This document shows, piece after piece, positions 19,782 to 28,373 of a stretch of DNA of 64,000 bases. The notes beneath the pieces were generated by a model that saw nothing but the letters and a program-made list of their open reading frames with translations, made no database searches and was not told the origin of the DNA. Within the stretch, counting starts at the first letter, position 1; each line of letters begins with the position of its first letter. The translations under genes and the position numbers were made by a program. The stretch comes from Verrucomicrobiota bacterium (GTDB taxonomy: Bacteria > Verrucomicrobiota > Verrucomicrobiia > Limisphaerales > Palsa-1400), in assembly GCA_049513975.1 (NCBI GenBank), contig JBEKVM010000029.1, positions 12,783 to 76,782 on the forward strand. The letters are read 5' to 3'.

Positions 19782-21528
19782 TCATTGCTTTTGGGATTCC
19801 TTCGCCCATGTGTCCTTCAAGGTGATGGTGCGGTTGAAAATGAGATGGCCGGGGGCGCTCTCCTTGTCCAAGGCGAAGTAGGCCAGGCGCTCAAATTGAT
19901 AGCGGCATTCGGGCCTGGCGTCTTGCAAACCCGGCTCGCATTTGGCGGTGACGACTTCGAGGGAGCGCGGGTTGAGGTGTTGTTTGAAATCGCCGGCGGC
20001 GTCGGGTTCGGGGACGGTAAAGAGGCGGTCGTAGAGGCGGACTTGGGCGTCGGTGGCGTGGGGGGCGCTGACCCAGTGAATGGTGCCTTTGACTTTGCGG
20101 GCGGCGTTGGGGCCGCCGGTGCGGCTGTCGAAGTCGGCGGTGCAATGAAGTTGGGCGATGTTGCCGGCAGCATCTTTGACCACTTCATCGCACTTGATGA
20201 TGAAGGCGTATTTGAGGCGGACCTCGCCGCCGGGTTTGAGGCGGAAGAATTTGGGGGGCGGCGCTTCCATGAAATCGTCGCGCTCGATGAACAGTTCGCG
20301 GCTGAAGGGGATTTTGCGGGTGCCGGCGTTTTGGTCCTGGGGATTGTTGAGAGCATCGAGTTGCTCCACTTTGCCTTCGGGAAAATTGGTGATGATGAGT
20401 TTGAGGGGCCGCAGGACGGCCAGGCGGCGCAGGGCGCGCTGGTTCAAGTCCTCGCGGATGGCGTGTTCGAGGACGGCGACGTCGGTGATGCCGTTGTATT
20501 TGGTGATGCCGATGTGGTAGGCGAAATGGCGGAGGGCTTCGGGGGTGACGCCGCGGCGGCGCAGGCCGGAGATGGTGGGCATGCGGGGATCGTCCCAGCC
20601 GGTGACAATTTTATCGTTGACAAGTTGGAGGAGCTTGCGCTTGCTCATGACGGTGTAGCCGAGGCTGAGGCGGGCGAACTCGTATTGATGGGGAAGGGGC
20701 CGGGGCAGATCGAGGCTTTGCAGGAACCAATCGTAGAGGGGGCGGTGGACTTCGAATTCGAGGGTGCAGATGCTGTGGGTGATGCCTTCGAGGTAGTCGC
20801 TGAGGCAATGGGCGAAATCGTACATGGGATAAATGCACCATTTGGCGCCGGTGTGATGGTGCTCGGCGTGGCGGATGCGGTAGATGACGGGGTCGCGCAG
20901 CCAGATGTTGGGGGAGGCCATGTCAATTTTGGCGCGCAAGGTGCGGGTGCCGTTGGGAAATTCGCCGTTTTTCATGCGCTGGAGGAGGTCCAGGTTTTCG
21001 GCAATGGGACGGTCGCGAAAGGGGCTGTCCTGGCCGGGGCGGTCCGGGGCGCCGCGGTATTTGTCGGTGTCGTCGGGGGAGAGGTCGCAGATGTAGGCTT
21101 TGCCTTTTTTGACGAGGGTGACGGCGTAGTCGTAGAGTTGATCGAAATAGTCGGAGGCGTAGAAAGGCTCCTGGATTTCGGATTTCGGATTTCGGATTTC
21201 GGATTTTAAGACGGGCGGGAGATAGAAATCGGGTTTGCCGTTGCTGGTGACGGCTTCGGGGGTTTTGCCTTTGGGTTTGAGGCCCAACCGGTCGCCGGCC
21301 CAGCCGCCGATGAGCCAGTTGACGTCTTCCTGGATGGAGTCCACGTATTCGACGTCTTCCTTGGTGGGATTGGTGTCGTCCATGCGGAGGTTGCAGACGC
21401 CGCCGAATTCGCGGGAAGCGGGTGTGGATTTGGGCATAACGCTTCTCCGCCAGATGGGCGGCGACGATGTCGCGAATGAAATCGGCGGGGGCGGGCGGCG
21501 GAGTTTTATCTGGATTGGGCGTGGTCAT
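19782..21528 (-). pseudogene. glnS: Glutaminyl-tRNA synthetase with frameshift and deletion of the HIGH-motif segment
   Basis: N-terminal frame ends ...[23 protein letters not shown] (about 21426). The body continues in another frame, ...[19 protein letters not shown]... The about 25 aa PEPNGYLHIGHAKS..NFG block of GlnRS is absent. The rest (551 aa) is intact and strongly GlnRS-like, including VMSKRKL. Confidence 0.75.
21173..21207. repeat. (GGATTTC)x5 heptamer repeat inside the glnS body
   Basis: Translates as [14 protein letters not shown] within an about 45-aa insertion relative to canonical GlnRS. Confidence 0.85.
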
Positions 21529-21638
21529 GGTGCGGCGTTAAACATCATGGAGGAATATATCGGTTGTGGTTCTGTCATGGCAAGCCCGCTGGAGCGGATG
21601 GATGTTCGTGGTCAAGGCCGTCAAGGTTCAAAAATGTG

Positions 21639-21668
21639 GTTTGACCGGGTTTGACCGGGTTTGACCGG
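21639..21668. repeat. (GTTTGACCGG)x3 tandem repeat
   Basis: Direct reading. Confidence 0.85.
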
Positions 21669-21801
21669 ATGGGTTCGTTTGGCAGAATTCGACCGCGGCA
21701 GGTCGTGTTAGAGGCGGCGGTTGATTGGCCCGCCGATGGGTTGCGGCCGCGGAGCGAATTGGCCATTTTTTGCCATGTTGAGTCATAAGATTTATTTTTT
21801 T

Positions 21802-21840
21802 GCCTTTATTAACCTTTATTAGCCTTTATTAACCTTTATT
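21802..21840. repeat. (CCTTTATTAR)x4 tandem repeat
   Basis: Direct reading. Confidence 0.85.
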
Positions 21841-21923
21841 GGAATGGGGCCGGCGAATCCGGGCGCAAAGGCCAACGAGTTCAGCGCGGCCAGCCGGGAG
21901 CAAAGGAGTTGAACGACGGATAG

Positions 21924-21955
21924 AAAATGCAGAATGCAGAATGCAAAATGCAGAA
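21924..21955. repeat. Heptad repeat (GAATGCA family)
   Basis: AAAATGCAGAATGCAGAATGCAAAATGCAGAAT. Confidence 0.85.
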
Positions 21956-22069
21956 TTCCGAATCCGCTGCAATCCGCGGTAAAATCCTTGCGGAAAGTAG
22001 TGATGGCAGAGGAGGGAAGATCGTCCCTGTTGAATCGAGTGCTCCGGGATGCCGCGGCACGCTCCCCGC

Positions 22070-22180
22070 CCGCGCCTGCGCTGGCCGCATTCTCCCGGAT
22101 GCGGCCTTGGACTGTGCCTCCGTTTCTCACGCTGACGATTGAACCATAGGTTCTAATTTTTGTCAAGCCCCGGTTTGAAG
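22070..22180 (-). ncRNA. Conserved non-coding block, copy A (candidate promoter plus small RNA)
   Basis: 111 nt whose reverse complement aligns with 56510..56620. The first about 40 nt are identical (CTTCAAACCGGGGCTTGACAAAAATTAGAACCTATGGTT), then about 80% identity. No shared reading frame. Confidence 0.45.
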
Positions 22181-22181
22181 A

Positions 22182-22216
22182 AAATGCAGAATGAAGAATG
22201 CAGAATGCAGAATGAA
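22182..22216. repeat. Heptad repeat (GAATGCA/GAATGAA)
   Basis: AAATGCAGAATGAAGAATGCAGAATGCAGAATGAA. Confidence 0.85.
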
Positions 22217-22393
22217 AAATCGGCTTCCTTGGCGAATGTGACGCGCGACGAGGAAAGAGAACGGAGATGGGTGATTATGCCCCAGTGACGCGCTTTTGAC
22301 AAGTTTGTAAGCACTTACAGCGCAATCATTTGCACTTGAGATAGGGCGAAACCATAGTTTCATAATTCTCATGGCCTCCGGCGGGACACGCGG

Positions 22394-22600
22394 CCCCGAC
22401 GAGTGCATGGTCGTGAAGTCGCTGGATTCCAGCTTGCGCCCGGTGGCCGTGTGCAAACACCCCTTCGCAACATGGAATCCACCGCCATCACCACCAGGGA
22501 TTTGAAGGCATGGAGGGAAACCCGCTTTTGGAGCATCAATCTCGATTTCCACTCTCGCGGAGGGGGAAAAATCAGACGGTGCCATCACTCGCTCTCCGCC
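22394..22600. repeat. R-module copy 1 (about 200-bp non-coding module shared with the tRNA-Pro island)
   Basis: Aligns with 30581..30773 (GTGAAGTCGCTGGATTCCAGCTTGCGCC...CAACATGGAATCCACCGCCATCACCACCAGGGA...GGAGGGGGA.AAATCAGAC). Overlapping ORFs are in different frames in the two copies. Confidence 0.7.
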
Positions 22601-22637
22601 GTCTTGCCGAACGACCGGGACTCGCCTTTATACACAT

Positions 22638-23990
22638 TCAATACACTGTGGGTCGGATACGGTAGAAAGCGTTCGGAAATTGGTTCGTATCTGCCGATAC
22701 ATCAAAAAGCAAGTTGCTGCCCGCCCCCCGCAATTTGGCAACCGGTTGCCAGTTTGCCGCCAACAAATTAGTGGCTCGCTGAAGTTCGTACCAACGAAGC
22801 GGCGAAGTGTTCGACGCGCTCAGATGAAAGTTCGAGTTCCACCCTATGAGCAGGGGCGGACTTGAATTTGTGGGATTATTGCCAAGCATCCACTCTTGCA
22901 CGGTGGTGTATCCATCCGGGTCCGGAACCTGCATTTCCACGCTGTCATTAGTTGACAACCCGTAATAGTTCAACCAGCGGAAAGGGATTCCGTGCGTAGT
23001 TGTTTGCTCGATTGCGCAAATAGAATTGTCGGCTGGATTGAATGCATACAGTACATTCGTGTGGCTATCGAAAGCCATAATAGTCGTCGCAAATGGCATG
23101 CCTGCAATCTCGGTTGCATCACCATGAATCGGAAATGTCGTGGTATCCCAAATCGAGGCCTGCCCAAATGCAACAGTGCCATCGCAGTTCAGTGCGTAAA
23201 CCTGTTCCTGAAATAGACCGAACTGGTCTGAAAAATTCGTTGGATTGAAGAGTATCTGACCATAGGCCAGGCACCGGTTGTCGCCGGACACTGAATAATT
23301 GTCGTAACCCCAACCATAGGGATAAGGGCTATAATACTCGGTATCGTCCAGAGCAATCTGATCAGTGGAAACATCAAAGTCTCCCATTGCGCCGAGATTT
23401 CCATAGTACGTGTACTGCCCAAAGAGGTGAGTTTTATCCGAGAATATGACCATGTGGGTCTTTACGACGGCAAAGCTTCCCAAATCCGCGCCAGTGTCGG
23501 TATTCAGAGAATGCGCGTCGCCTCCATTCCAATCGTCAGATCCCGAGTTGTAGTAAAGCCGGCCCGGTCTGCCGGCGGTCACATTCTCGGCGACGACCGA
23601 TGTAATATACGAAGTAACTAAGGTTTGATTGATGAGCGCCACTACCCCAATGCGCCAAGAGCCGGGCAGCCCGGTTCCTGGTCCCTTATTCGCGATGTAG
23701 AGAAAGTTCCCGGTGCTATCAATGTCGAAGTCCGATGGGTCCTTTCCGACATAAATGCTGTTTTGGATCGATGCAGTCTGAAGATTAATGAAGAGAATTT
23801 CGCTGCCCTGCCGGTTGATGGCATAAACCCACGGTCGATGGGGATCGGGCAGAATTCGCACGACATTCGTGCCCAAGGGAATCTTCTCCGATATTGCCCA
23901 AGTGGCACCTGTCGCGCCACCACAACTGATGAGGAGCATGCCTGCACAAACTACTACTTCCGACATTCGATAAGGGAAATGCTTTTTCAT
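22638..23990 (-). CDS. Secreted beta-propeller (YVTN/lactonase-like) protein
   Basis: Signal-like N-terminus from MKKHFPYRM (ATG at 23990). Noticeably lower GC than the surroundings. Confidence 0.6.
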   Translation of the reverse strand: MKKHFPYRMSEVVVCAGMLLISCGGATGATWAISEKIPLGTNVVRILPDPHRPWVYAINRQGSEILFINLQTASIQNSIYVGKDPSDFDIDSTGNFLYIANKGPGTGLPGSWRIGVVALINQTLVTSYITSVVAENVTAGRPGRLYYNSGSDDWNGGDAHSLNTDTGADLGSFAVVKTHMVIFSDKTHLFGQYTYYGNLGAMGDFDVSTDQIALDDTEYYSPYPYGWGYDNYSVSGDNRCLAYGQILFNPTNFSDQFGLFQEQVYALNCDGTVAFGQASIWDTTTFPIHGDATEIAGMPFATTIMAFDSHTNVLYAFNPADNSICAIEQTTTHGIPFRWLNYYGLSTNDSVEMQVPDPDGYTTVQEWMLGNNPTNSSPPLLIGWNSNFHLSASNTSPLRWYELQRATNLLAANWQPVAKLRGAGSNLLFDVSADTNQFPNAFYRIRPTVY

Positions 23991-24000
23991 ATGTCCGACC

Positions 24001-24147
24001 TGAAGGATGTCGCCGCCAACACCCAAAATCAAACCTTTAATGCGGTTTTTCGTCTCAAATCAACAAAGGGAACAACGGCCTTGCACCAGTCTGGCGGAGC
24101 CTTGGCGCCGAACCGAGCAACGCCGGAAGGCGCTCCCTCCAAAGTGG
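24001..24147 (-). pseudogene. S-module copy 1: remnant of a Rep gene 3' end plus downstream leader
   Basis: Minus-strand translation ERLPALLGSAPRLRQTGARPLFPLLI* matches the Rep C-terminus ERIPALLGSVPRLRQAGAKRLFPLLI* at 31630... The leader up to the next start codon is also conserved. Confidence 0.65.
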
Positions 24148-24411
24148 TTTCTCGAGGTTTTCTGTGGATCTGGTCAGGCAACGGCGGATTTAGGAAGCCT
24201 GCGCGTCTCGCCGAAATTGAGTCCATGGGAAGGAATTGGCGAAGCAGTGGGGCGCGAGACGCACCCCACAGCGACCGGGACGGTCGCGCTCCCAATCCTG
24301 CCATTCTCATTGCCTGAAAGAGGCGGGCCGCGAGGGCGCGGCCCGCGGCACGCGGGGGCGCGCGCGCTCCCAGGAAGCAGGAAATATGTGCGATTAAGAT
24401 TAGGAGTAGGA

Positions 24412-25569
24412 TTAACGGTCGGACTTTAAGCCAAAGAGCCGGCGGTGTTCGAGGATGGCGTAGCGGTCGGTCATGCCGGAGAGGTAGTCGCAGATGGCGC
24501 GGAGCCAGCCGGCCCGACGGGCGCGCTTTTGGCTGGAGACGCCAATTTCCCGGGGATGTTCCAGGTAATAGGCGAAAAGGTCGCCCAGCATGGTGCCGGC
24601 GCGGTTGTTTGGCTCAAAGACGACAGGGCTGGAATAGAGATTCTGCAAAAGGTAGGCGCGGAGTTCGAGGTTCAAACGGCGGCGGCGAAGGCTGTGCTGG
24701 ACCAGGGGATGGGGCTGGAGGCGGACGTCGTCGGCGGATTGGACGCCGGAGGCGAGGATGGCGGCTTCGGTGGTCTGGACGACGTCGCGCACCTGGCGGT
24801 CAATGAGGCAGCGGATGATGAAGTAGCGGCGGGTTTCGTCGGGGAGGCGGGGGTGTTCGGCCAGGACGGCGCGGGAGGCTTCGGAAAATAGTTTGACTTC
24901 GCGGTTGAGTTTTTTTTCGGAGAGGAGGCCGGCTTCCAGGCCGTCATCGAGGTCGTGGCTGCAATAGGTGAGTTCGTCGGCGAGGTTGGCGACCTGGGCT
25001 TCGAGGGAGGGGGATTTTGGGGAGAAGCCGGGGCGGTGGCGGGGATGATCGTAGGGGGATTGGTGTTTGGCCAGGCCTTCGCGGGTTTCCCAGGTGAGGT
25101 TCAAGCCGCGGAAGGCGGGGTATTTTTCCTCGAGTTCCTCGACGATGCGGAGGCTCTGGCGGTTGTGCTCGAAGCCGCCGTGGCCGCGCATCAATTGGTC
25201 GAGGACTTCCTCGCCTTTGTGGCCGAAGGGGGCGTGGCCGAGATCATGGGCCAGGGCGATGGTTTCGGCGAGGTCCTGGTTGAGGTTGAGAGCGCTGGCG
25301 ATGTTGCGGGCGATGGCGGCGACTTCGATGGTGTGGGTGAGGCGGGTGCGAAGATGATCGCCGGTGCCGTTGAGGAAGACCTGGGTCTTGTATTCGAGGC
25401 GGCGGAAGGCGCGGGAGTGGATGACGCGGTCGCGGTCGCGCTGGTATTCGGTGCGCCAGAGGGCGCGGGGTTCGGGGTGGACGCGGCCGCGGGATTGGGC
25501 GCTGAGCTGGGCGTAAGGGGCGAGAGTCTGGCGTTCCCGTTGTTCGAGTTGTTCTCTGGAACAAGGCAT
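24412..25569 (-). CDS. dgt: dGTP triphosphohydrolase-like HD-domain protein
   Basis: RDRDRVIHSRAFRRLEYKTQVF and HDLGHAPFGH motifs. Confidence 0.85.
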   Translation of the reverse strand: MPCSREQLEQRERQTLAPYAQLSAQSRGRVHPEPRALWRTEYQRDRDRVIHSRAFRRLEYKTQVFLNGTGDHLRTRLTHTIEVAAIARNIASALNLNQDLAETIALAHDLGHAPFGHKGEEVLDQLMRGHGGFEHNRQSLRIVEELEEKYPAFRGLNLTWETREGLAKHQSPYDHPRHRPGFSPKSPSLEAQVANLADELTYCSHDLDDGLEAGLLSEKKLNREVKLFSEASRAVLAEHPRLPDETRRYFIIRCLIDRQVRDVVQTTEAAILASGVQSADDVRLQPHPLVQHSLRRRRLNLELRAYLLQNLYSSPVVFEPNNRAGTMLGDLFAYYLEHPREIGVSSQKRARRAGWLRAICDYLSGMTDRYAILEHRRLFGLKSDR

Positions 25570-25587
25570 GGCAGGCCGCCGGCGGGA

Positions 25588-26856
25588 TCAGTTGGCCAGG
25601 AGTTCCTGGACGGAGAAGCCGCGGAGTTCGAAGAGGCGGCGGATGGCGTCCTCGATGAGGTTGTTGGGGCAGGAGGCGCCGGCGGTGATGCCGACGGTGA
25701 TTTTACCCGGGGGCAGCCAGCCGAGGGTCTCGACTTCCTGCTGGAGCTGGAGGTTGTAGTGGCGGATCAATTTGTCGGAGACCATCATGGCGGCATTTTT
25801 GACAAAGTAAGTGGGGAGTTTGGCTTCGCCCATTTCGGCGAGATGGGAGGTGTTGGAGGAATTGTAGCCGCCGATGACGAGGAGGAGGTCCATGGGTTCG
25901 CAGAGCAGTTTTTCGAGGGCGTCCTGGCGTTCCTGGGTGGCGCCGCAAATGGTGTCAAAGAAGCGGAAGTGGCGGTCCAGTTGGCCGGGGCCGAAGCGGG
26001 CGATCATGGCGTTTTTGATGCGGCGCTGGACCTCTTCGGTTTCGCCGCGGAGCATGGTGGTTTGGTTGGCGACGCCGACGGCCTGGAGATGGATGTCGGG
26101 ATCGAAGCCGGCGGAATAAGCGCCGGCGAAGGTGTCGAGGAATTCCTGCTTGTTGCCGCCGTGGAGGATGTAGTTACAGACGTAATCGGTTTCGGCCAGG
26201 GTATAGACGACGAGGTAATGGCCCGGGCCGTCGGCGCCGGCCTGGGAGGTGGTGGCCTTGGTTTCCTCGTGTTTGGCCTTGCCGTGGATGATGCTGGTGA
26301 CGCGTTCCTTGGAGTATTGGCGGACGCGCTTCCAGACGCTCATGACGTCGCCGCAAGTGGTATCCACCAACCGGCAGCCCTTGGCCACCAATTTGGTGCG
26401 GGTGCCGACTTCGGTGCCGAAAGCGGGGATGATGACGACGTCGTCCTCGCGCAGACGATCCAATTCCTGTTCGGTGGGCTTGGGGGAAATGATCTGGATG
26501 CCCATGTTGTAAATCTGGTCGTTGACTTCGGGGTTGTGAATGATTTCGCCCAGGAGATAAATGGGCTGGGGCAGGGGAAAGACATTGCGGGCGGCGTAAG
26601 CGAGGTCAATGGCGCGTTCCACGCCGTAACAGAAGCCGTATTTCTTGGCCAATTTGACGGTGAGCAGGCCGTCGGCGCTGAGGACGTGGCCCTTGTCGCG
26701 AATGCGTTCGACCAGTTCGCTGCGGTAATGGGAGAGAACCTGGGCCTGGACGGCGGCCATGACATCAGGGCGGCGGAGATTGATTTTTTTTGGCGTTGAG
26801 CTGGGGTCTCCGTTGCCACGGCCATTCCCATTCCCATTTTGCGCGTTGTTGAGCAT
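25588..26856 (-). CDS. ispH: 4-hydroxy-3-methylbut-2-enyl diphosphate reductase
   Basis: FCYGVERAI, conserved Cys positions, SSNTSHL motif. Asn/Gly-rich N-terminal extension. Confidence 0.88.
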   Translation of the reverse strand: MLNNAQNGNGNGRGNGDPSSTPKKINLRRPDVMAAVQAQVLSHYRSELVERIRDKGHVLSADGLLTVKLAKKYGFCYGVERAIDLAYAARNVFPLPQPIYLLGEIIHNPEVNDQIYNMGIQIISPKPTEQELDRLREDDVVIIPAFGTEVGTRTKLVAKGCRLVDTTCGDVMSVWKRVRQYSKERVTSIIHGKAKHEETKATTSQAGADGPGHYLVVYTLAETDYVCNYILHGGNKQEFLDTFAGAYSAGFDPDIHLQAVGVANQTTMLRGETEEVQRRIKNAMIARFGPGQLDRHFRFFDTICGATQERQDALEKLLCEPMDLLLVIGGYNSSNTSHLAEMGEAKLPTYFVKNAAMMVSDKLIRHYNLQLQQEVETLGWLPPGKITVGITAGASCPNNLIEDAIRRLFELRGFSVQELLAN

Positions 26857-27022
26857 AACACCGCAAGTTTAGCATGGGTTGGGCGGGTTCAAAGGCTAAA
26901 ATATCGGCGCGCCCGATGAACGGGAATGGGACAAATAGGGCGAATGGGAGGGATCTGGACAAACACGGACGGCCACTTGGGCAGGTTTGTTGGCAAACGG
27001 CAGTGCTTAATGTGGCTGGAAT

Positions 27023-28153
27023 CTATGCCGAAGGGCGTGCGGCAACGCGGGCGGCGACGGCGCGGCAGATGTCGGCGGCGGCGGCGGGGCGGCCCAAGGC
27101 GGCGGCGGCCCGGGCCATGCCGGCGAGTTTTTTGGAGCCGAGAAGCCGGCCCAGACGAAAGGGGAGGTCTTCGACGCGATTGGCTTTGGCGGCGGCGCCG
27201 TGTTCGAGAAGGAAATCGCTGTTGGCGGCTTCCTGGCCGGGAATGGGATTGAGAATGAAGAGGGGTTTGCCCAGGGCCAGCGCCTCGGAGGTGGTCAAGC
27301 CGCCGGGTTTGGTGATGAGCAAATCGGAGACGGCCATGAGTTCGTGCATGTTGGCGACGAAGCCCAGGACGCGGGTGGGATGACGGCGGTCGGAGGAGGC
27401 CAGGTCGCGGCGAAGGCGGTCGTTGCGGCCGGCCACGACGAGGGTTTGAAAGGGGCGTTGGAGCTGATCGAGCGCGGCGAGGATTTGCGCGACCGGCCCC
27501 ATGCCGAATCCTCCGCTGAGAACGAGGAGAATGGGGAGATCGTCGCGCAGGCCAAGCTCTTTGCGCACGAGGGCGGCGTCAATGGGGCCGGAAAATTTTG
27601 CGGAGATGGGAATGCCGGTGACGAGGACCTGGGCGGCGGGGGCGCCGCGGGCGACAAGACGGGCCTTGGTTTCCTCGGCGGCGACGCAATAGAGGTCCAC
27701 GTTGGGGTCCATCCAGAGGGCGTGGGCCTCAAAATCGGTGACGATGCTGACGGTGAGAGGGGGAGGGCCGGGCCACTTTTTGCGGAGTCCGCCGAGGAGT
27801 TCGACGGGGAGGTAATGGGTGCAGAGGACGGCGTCGGGGGCGAATTGTTTGACGAAGCGGGCGAATTTGCGGGAGCTGTTCGAGCCGATGGCGTTTTTCC
27901 AGTGGGCCAGTTTTGCGACGAGGCTGGGGTTGTCCATTGTGTTGAAGACCAGACCCCAGAGTTCGGGGGCGTGGGCGATCAATTTGACGTAGCCATCGCT
28001 ATAGATTTTTTTGTGAAGCGGGGAAAAGAAGGTGAGGAGATCGAGGCGCTGGACGACGTCCTGGGGCCGGGCCTGAAGCCAGGTTTCATGGAGTGCGGCG
28101 GCGGCCTGGAGATGGCCTGCGCCGGCGGTAATGGTGGCGAGGAGAATGCGCAT
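27023..28153 (-). CDS. GT28-family glycosyltransferase (MGDG synthase / UgtP-like)
   Basis: MRILLATITAGAGHLQAA N-terminus and LITKPGGLTTSEALA C-terminal motif. Confidence 0.8.
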   Translation of the reverse strand: MRILLATITAGAGHLQAAAALHETWLQARPQDVVQRLDLLTFFSPLHKKIYSDGYVKLIAHAPELWGLVFNTMDNPSLVAKLAHWKNAIGSNSSRKFARFVKQFAPDAVLCTHYLPVELLGGLRKKWPGPPPLTVSIVTDFEAHALWMDPNVDLYCVAAEETKARLVARGAPAAQVLVTGIPISAKFSGPIDAALVRKELGLRDDLPILLVLSGGFGMGPVAQILAALDQLQRPFQTLVVAGRNDRLRRDLASSDRRHPTRVLGFVANMHELMAVSDLLITKPGGLTTSEALALGKPLFILNPIPGQEAANSDFLLEHGAAAKANRVEDLPFRLGRLLGSKKLAGMARAAAALGRPAAAADICRAVAARVAARPSA

Positions 28154-28296
28154 TAGGTCTGAGGGTTGTAATCGGAAGCCGGTGTTTAGTCCAACCGGAA
28201 AGGGCGGGGCTGGTGGAAGGCGTGCGGGCGTGCGGAACGGGCTGCCGTTGGCCTTGCATCAGTGGAAAGATGTGCCATGATGGAGGGCCGGTCGCG

Positions 28297-28373
28297 CCGG
28301 AGCGTAGCTCAGCCTGGTAGAGCACTTGGTTTGGGACCAAGACGTCGCAGGTTCAAATCCTGTCGCTCCGACC
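28297..28373 (+). tRNA. tRNA-Pro(TGG), canonical, CCA encoded
   Basis: CGGAGCG-TA-GCTC-AGCCTGGTA-GAGC-A-CTTGG-TTTGGGA-CCAAG-ACGTC-GCAGG-TTCAAAT-CCTGT-CGCTCCG-A-CCA. D-loop GG and T-loop TTCAAAT are present. Confidence 0.95.

Noticed and set aside
21881-22149. Small ORFs translating heptad repeats (MQNAECKMQNSE, FCILHSAFCIF and similar), also at 34-36 kb and 43.5 kb.
   Set aside because: A 7-nt period cannot maintain a reading frame. The same DNA gives such peptides in several frames and strands, so these are repeat artefacts.
21560-22180. A T-box or other known riboswitch leader upstream of glnS.
   Set aside because: I could not find the conserved T-box sequence or a specifier-loop arrangement. 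The conserved block also recurs at 56510, in front of unrelated genes.
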